Below, piece after piece: positions 63,001-64,000 of a stretch of DNA of 64,000 bases; within the stretch, counting starts at the first letter, position 1, and each line of letters starts with the position of its first letter. A model generated the notes under the pieces. The model ran no database searches. It was not told the DNA's origin and saw nothing but the letters and a program-made list of their open reading frames with translations. The position numbers and the translations under genes were made by a program. This stretch comes from an uncultured virus (IMG/VR IMGVR_UViG_2061766007_000872) (lineage: Duplodnaviria; Heunggongvirae; Uroviricota; Caudoviricetes): the IMG/VR virus record IMGVR_UViG_2061766007_000872. One strand, given 5' to 3'.

Positions 63001-64000
63001 GCTAATCCAACAGTTGGTGTTGCTAGTGGTTATTCAATTCCAAGTGATACAAAACAAGGTCAATGGGATGCAAAATATGATAAGCCAAGTGGAGGTATTC
63101 CAGATGCAGATATTGCAAGTGCTTCTACATGGAATGCTAAACAAGATGCATTATCTACACAAACTGCTTATACAGCAAAAGGAAGTGCTACTAAGGTTCC
63201 ACAAATTACAACCAATAGTTTAGGTCAAGTAACTGGTATCACAGAAATTACTATTACTCAACCAGTTGTTAACAATGGTACCCTAACTATTCAAAAGAAC
63301 GGTACCACACTTGATACATTTACTGCCAACCAAAGTGGTAACAGCACAGCTAATATTACAGTTCCAACTACTTATAGCGATGTTGGAGCTGCAGCTGCTC
63401 ATCACTTATATCATACTTGGGATAATGATACAAATTATTTTGATGGCTTTGAAGGTGGCAATATGTTTAGAATTGTCACTGAAAATATGTATGCTGATTG
63501 TTTTAGATTCCAAGCATCAACTGTTTCTAATTTAGAATATTATAATGGTAGTTCTTGGGTCTCATGGAATCTTGATATATCAAATCTATTTGATGGTAAT
63601 GCCAGAACAGGTATCTCAATCCCGTATGCCAATAGAAAATTTAGATTTCAATTAACTGCTAATGGAGGATGGCCTACAACAGCATTATTCATGCTTCAAG
63701 GAACTTGGTTCAATGATGGTGGGTGGCCAAATGGACATAAGTCAAGCATAATAATAGAAACCCGAGCTAGTACTTCTGATGCTTGGTCTCAAAAAGCGAG
63801 CTTTGATTTAAGTGGTGTTGAAGGTATGGCAGGACATACTTTAGGTTCACTCCATACTGGAAACACTTTGTATAGAATTACAATTGAAATTGCCCCTTGG
63901 ACTAATACTTCAAACAGTTGTCCATTACAAAGATTATGTTTATTCTCAAACTATAACGGTGGTGCTTTAGAAAAAATAACCCATGATGGAAATGGTAATG
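60082..64000 (+). CDS. long tail fibre / receptor-binding protein, 3'-truncated by the window edge
   Basis: Frame 1 open from ATG 60082 to the window end (absent from the ORF track); E..RA..AE coiled-coil repeats, IDNVDNTSDLNKPIST, NPHSVTASQVGLG, KGLSTNDFT…KLDGI. Confidence 0.85.
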   Translation, partial: MPIKVDLHDSTSQVKVGVKSTSEVPAMPGGESISDKRLEALLKKEIKDRIAGDEHLQEEIDELVSKGARYILIEEKEDGSIDVSLLNEKEEVLSTQTIHLTEKIIKESVLDYEHSKIIYTCNDNSTIELDISDIVSAINTVANDLNSEIERATTAEEAISQDLADEVSRATNEEARIDGKVDAETSRAEHAEQELTSALEAETDARMSGDSTLQDNIDAEATARGDADTLLQRNIDAEATTRSQEITRVEGLVSLEEGRAKGAERTLQTNIESEATARAAGDADLAARLSEETNRAFAAENAIQIELDGEEEARAHADDVLQGNIDAEETRAKGVESSLNTAIGNETTRATGAEQALGTRIDNLDLSAVGSDGGYIKTVSQTDGQVGATRQAFDTTIDSNSDNKNAPTSKAVKDYVDTYGGKIDSISIDGVEQQIVNKNVDLPAYPTRESLSIDNVDNTSDLNKPISTATQNALNLKQDEITSSNKLSSDLVDDTNDTNKFATQSQLDQIATNQSDIGDLNTALTNHKNDTTNPHSVTASQVGLGSVVNTGDSATPTQDGTTKFTTGGAYTLKTDLETAIGNVDNKLNQNVHTEGSSDEITYSGDTVTKTSPYINLKTGTTGSRSEVIHLANSTTAGLMSYTDYNQIRDNTDRIAALEGTPVRLIYTASQNPTASDIKTFVDNYLAGKGITNPTDSDYNSVSVKINGTNHIWNYYANDGAYKDDGLDTVTAFTNSIAGIILGSSNDGQVYAENDGTGSVYGWSALKTRVGNNETNITSLQNSKVDKVNGKGLSTNDFTDALKTKLDGIATGAEVNTIVGIQKNGTDLTPDSNRKVNISVPTKTSDINNDSDFTTNTYVNTELAKKQNTLDTQTAYTSKGSATKVPQITTNTLGQVTSITEVTITDNNDNQKVKAGNVTFGDNDVINFVGSGNTTVTGDASGKTITISSSDSHVGDVVSVGATSGSNIAIGGTSANPTVGVASGYSIPSDTKQGQWDAKYDKPSGGIPDADIASASTWNAKQDALSTQTAYTAKGSATKVPQITTNSLGQVTGITEITITQPVVNNGTLTIQKNGTTLDTFTANQSGNSTANITVPTTYSDVGAAAAHHLYHTWDNDTNYFDGFEGGNMFRIVTENMYADCFRFQASTVSNLEYYNGSSWVSWNLDISNLFDGNARTGISIPYANRKFRFQLTANGGWPTTALFMLQGTWFNDGGWPNGHKSSIIIETRASTSDAWSQKASFDLSGVEGMAGHTLGSLHTGNTLYRITIEIAPWTNTSNSCPLQRLCLFSNYNGGALEKITHDGNGN
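62674..63258 (+). repeat. internal ~40-codon duplication in the tail fibre
   Basis: KQNTLDTQTAYTSKGSATKVPQITTNTLGQVTSITEVTIT (~62674-62793) vs KQDALSTQTAYTAKGSATKVPQITTNSLGQVTGITEITIT (~63139-63258). Confidence 0.85.

Noticed and set aside
1469..63535. Minus-strand and alternative-frame ORFs in the track
   Set aside because: They overlap well-supported + strand genes, lack SDs and have shadow-like composition
1..64000. Alternative genetic code (TAG or TGA recoding)
   Set aside because: Long genes are intact in code 11, and TAG/TGA end genes at positions followed by an SD or overlapping start
1..64000. CRISPR array, integrase/IS, DGR reverse transcriptase, introns/inteins
   Set aside because: No regularly spaced identical repeats and no recognisable motifs; recA, topA and sbcC are of ordinary length

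Overview
A 64-kb segment of a large lytic dsDNA tailed phage (very AT-rich, standard genetic code, nearly all genes on the + strand, several N gaps). Firmicute-type Shine-Dalgarno sequences, sigmaA promoters and tRNA suggest a Bacillota host (inference). Order: (1) two tandem GREB1/TAGT-like glycosyltransferases; (2) a recombination/replication block with RecU-like and Hjc-like nucleases, RecA, an HD hydrolase, a complete bacterial-type clamp loader (DnaX, delta', delta), SbcD/SbcC, possible sigma- and Mor-like regulators and topoisomerase IA; (3) translation-related genes: tRNA-CAT (probably Ile2), a peptide deformylase lacking its metal ligands, and ribosomal protein bS21; (4) about 20 kb of small accessory ORFs, including two expanded paralog families; (5) late/structural genes: two large acidic proteins, baseplate/tail proteins, a BspA-type LRR protein and a 3'-truncated tail fibre. 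Main unexplained observations: three promoter classes; a late-motif-driven hairpin RNA next to rpsU exposing an anti-Shine-Dalgarno-like loop; other late small RNA/attenuator structures; near-complete absence of GATC, AGCT and TCGA (even in the tRNA), broken only in the distal tail fibre; and ES(L)xE-punctuated putative polyproteins. Functional calls come from motif recognition by eye; no database searches were run.
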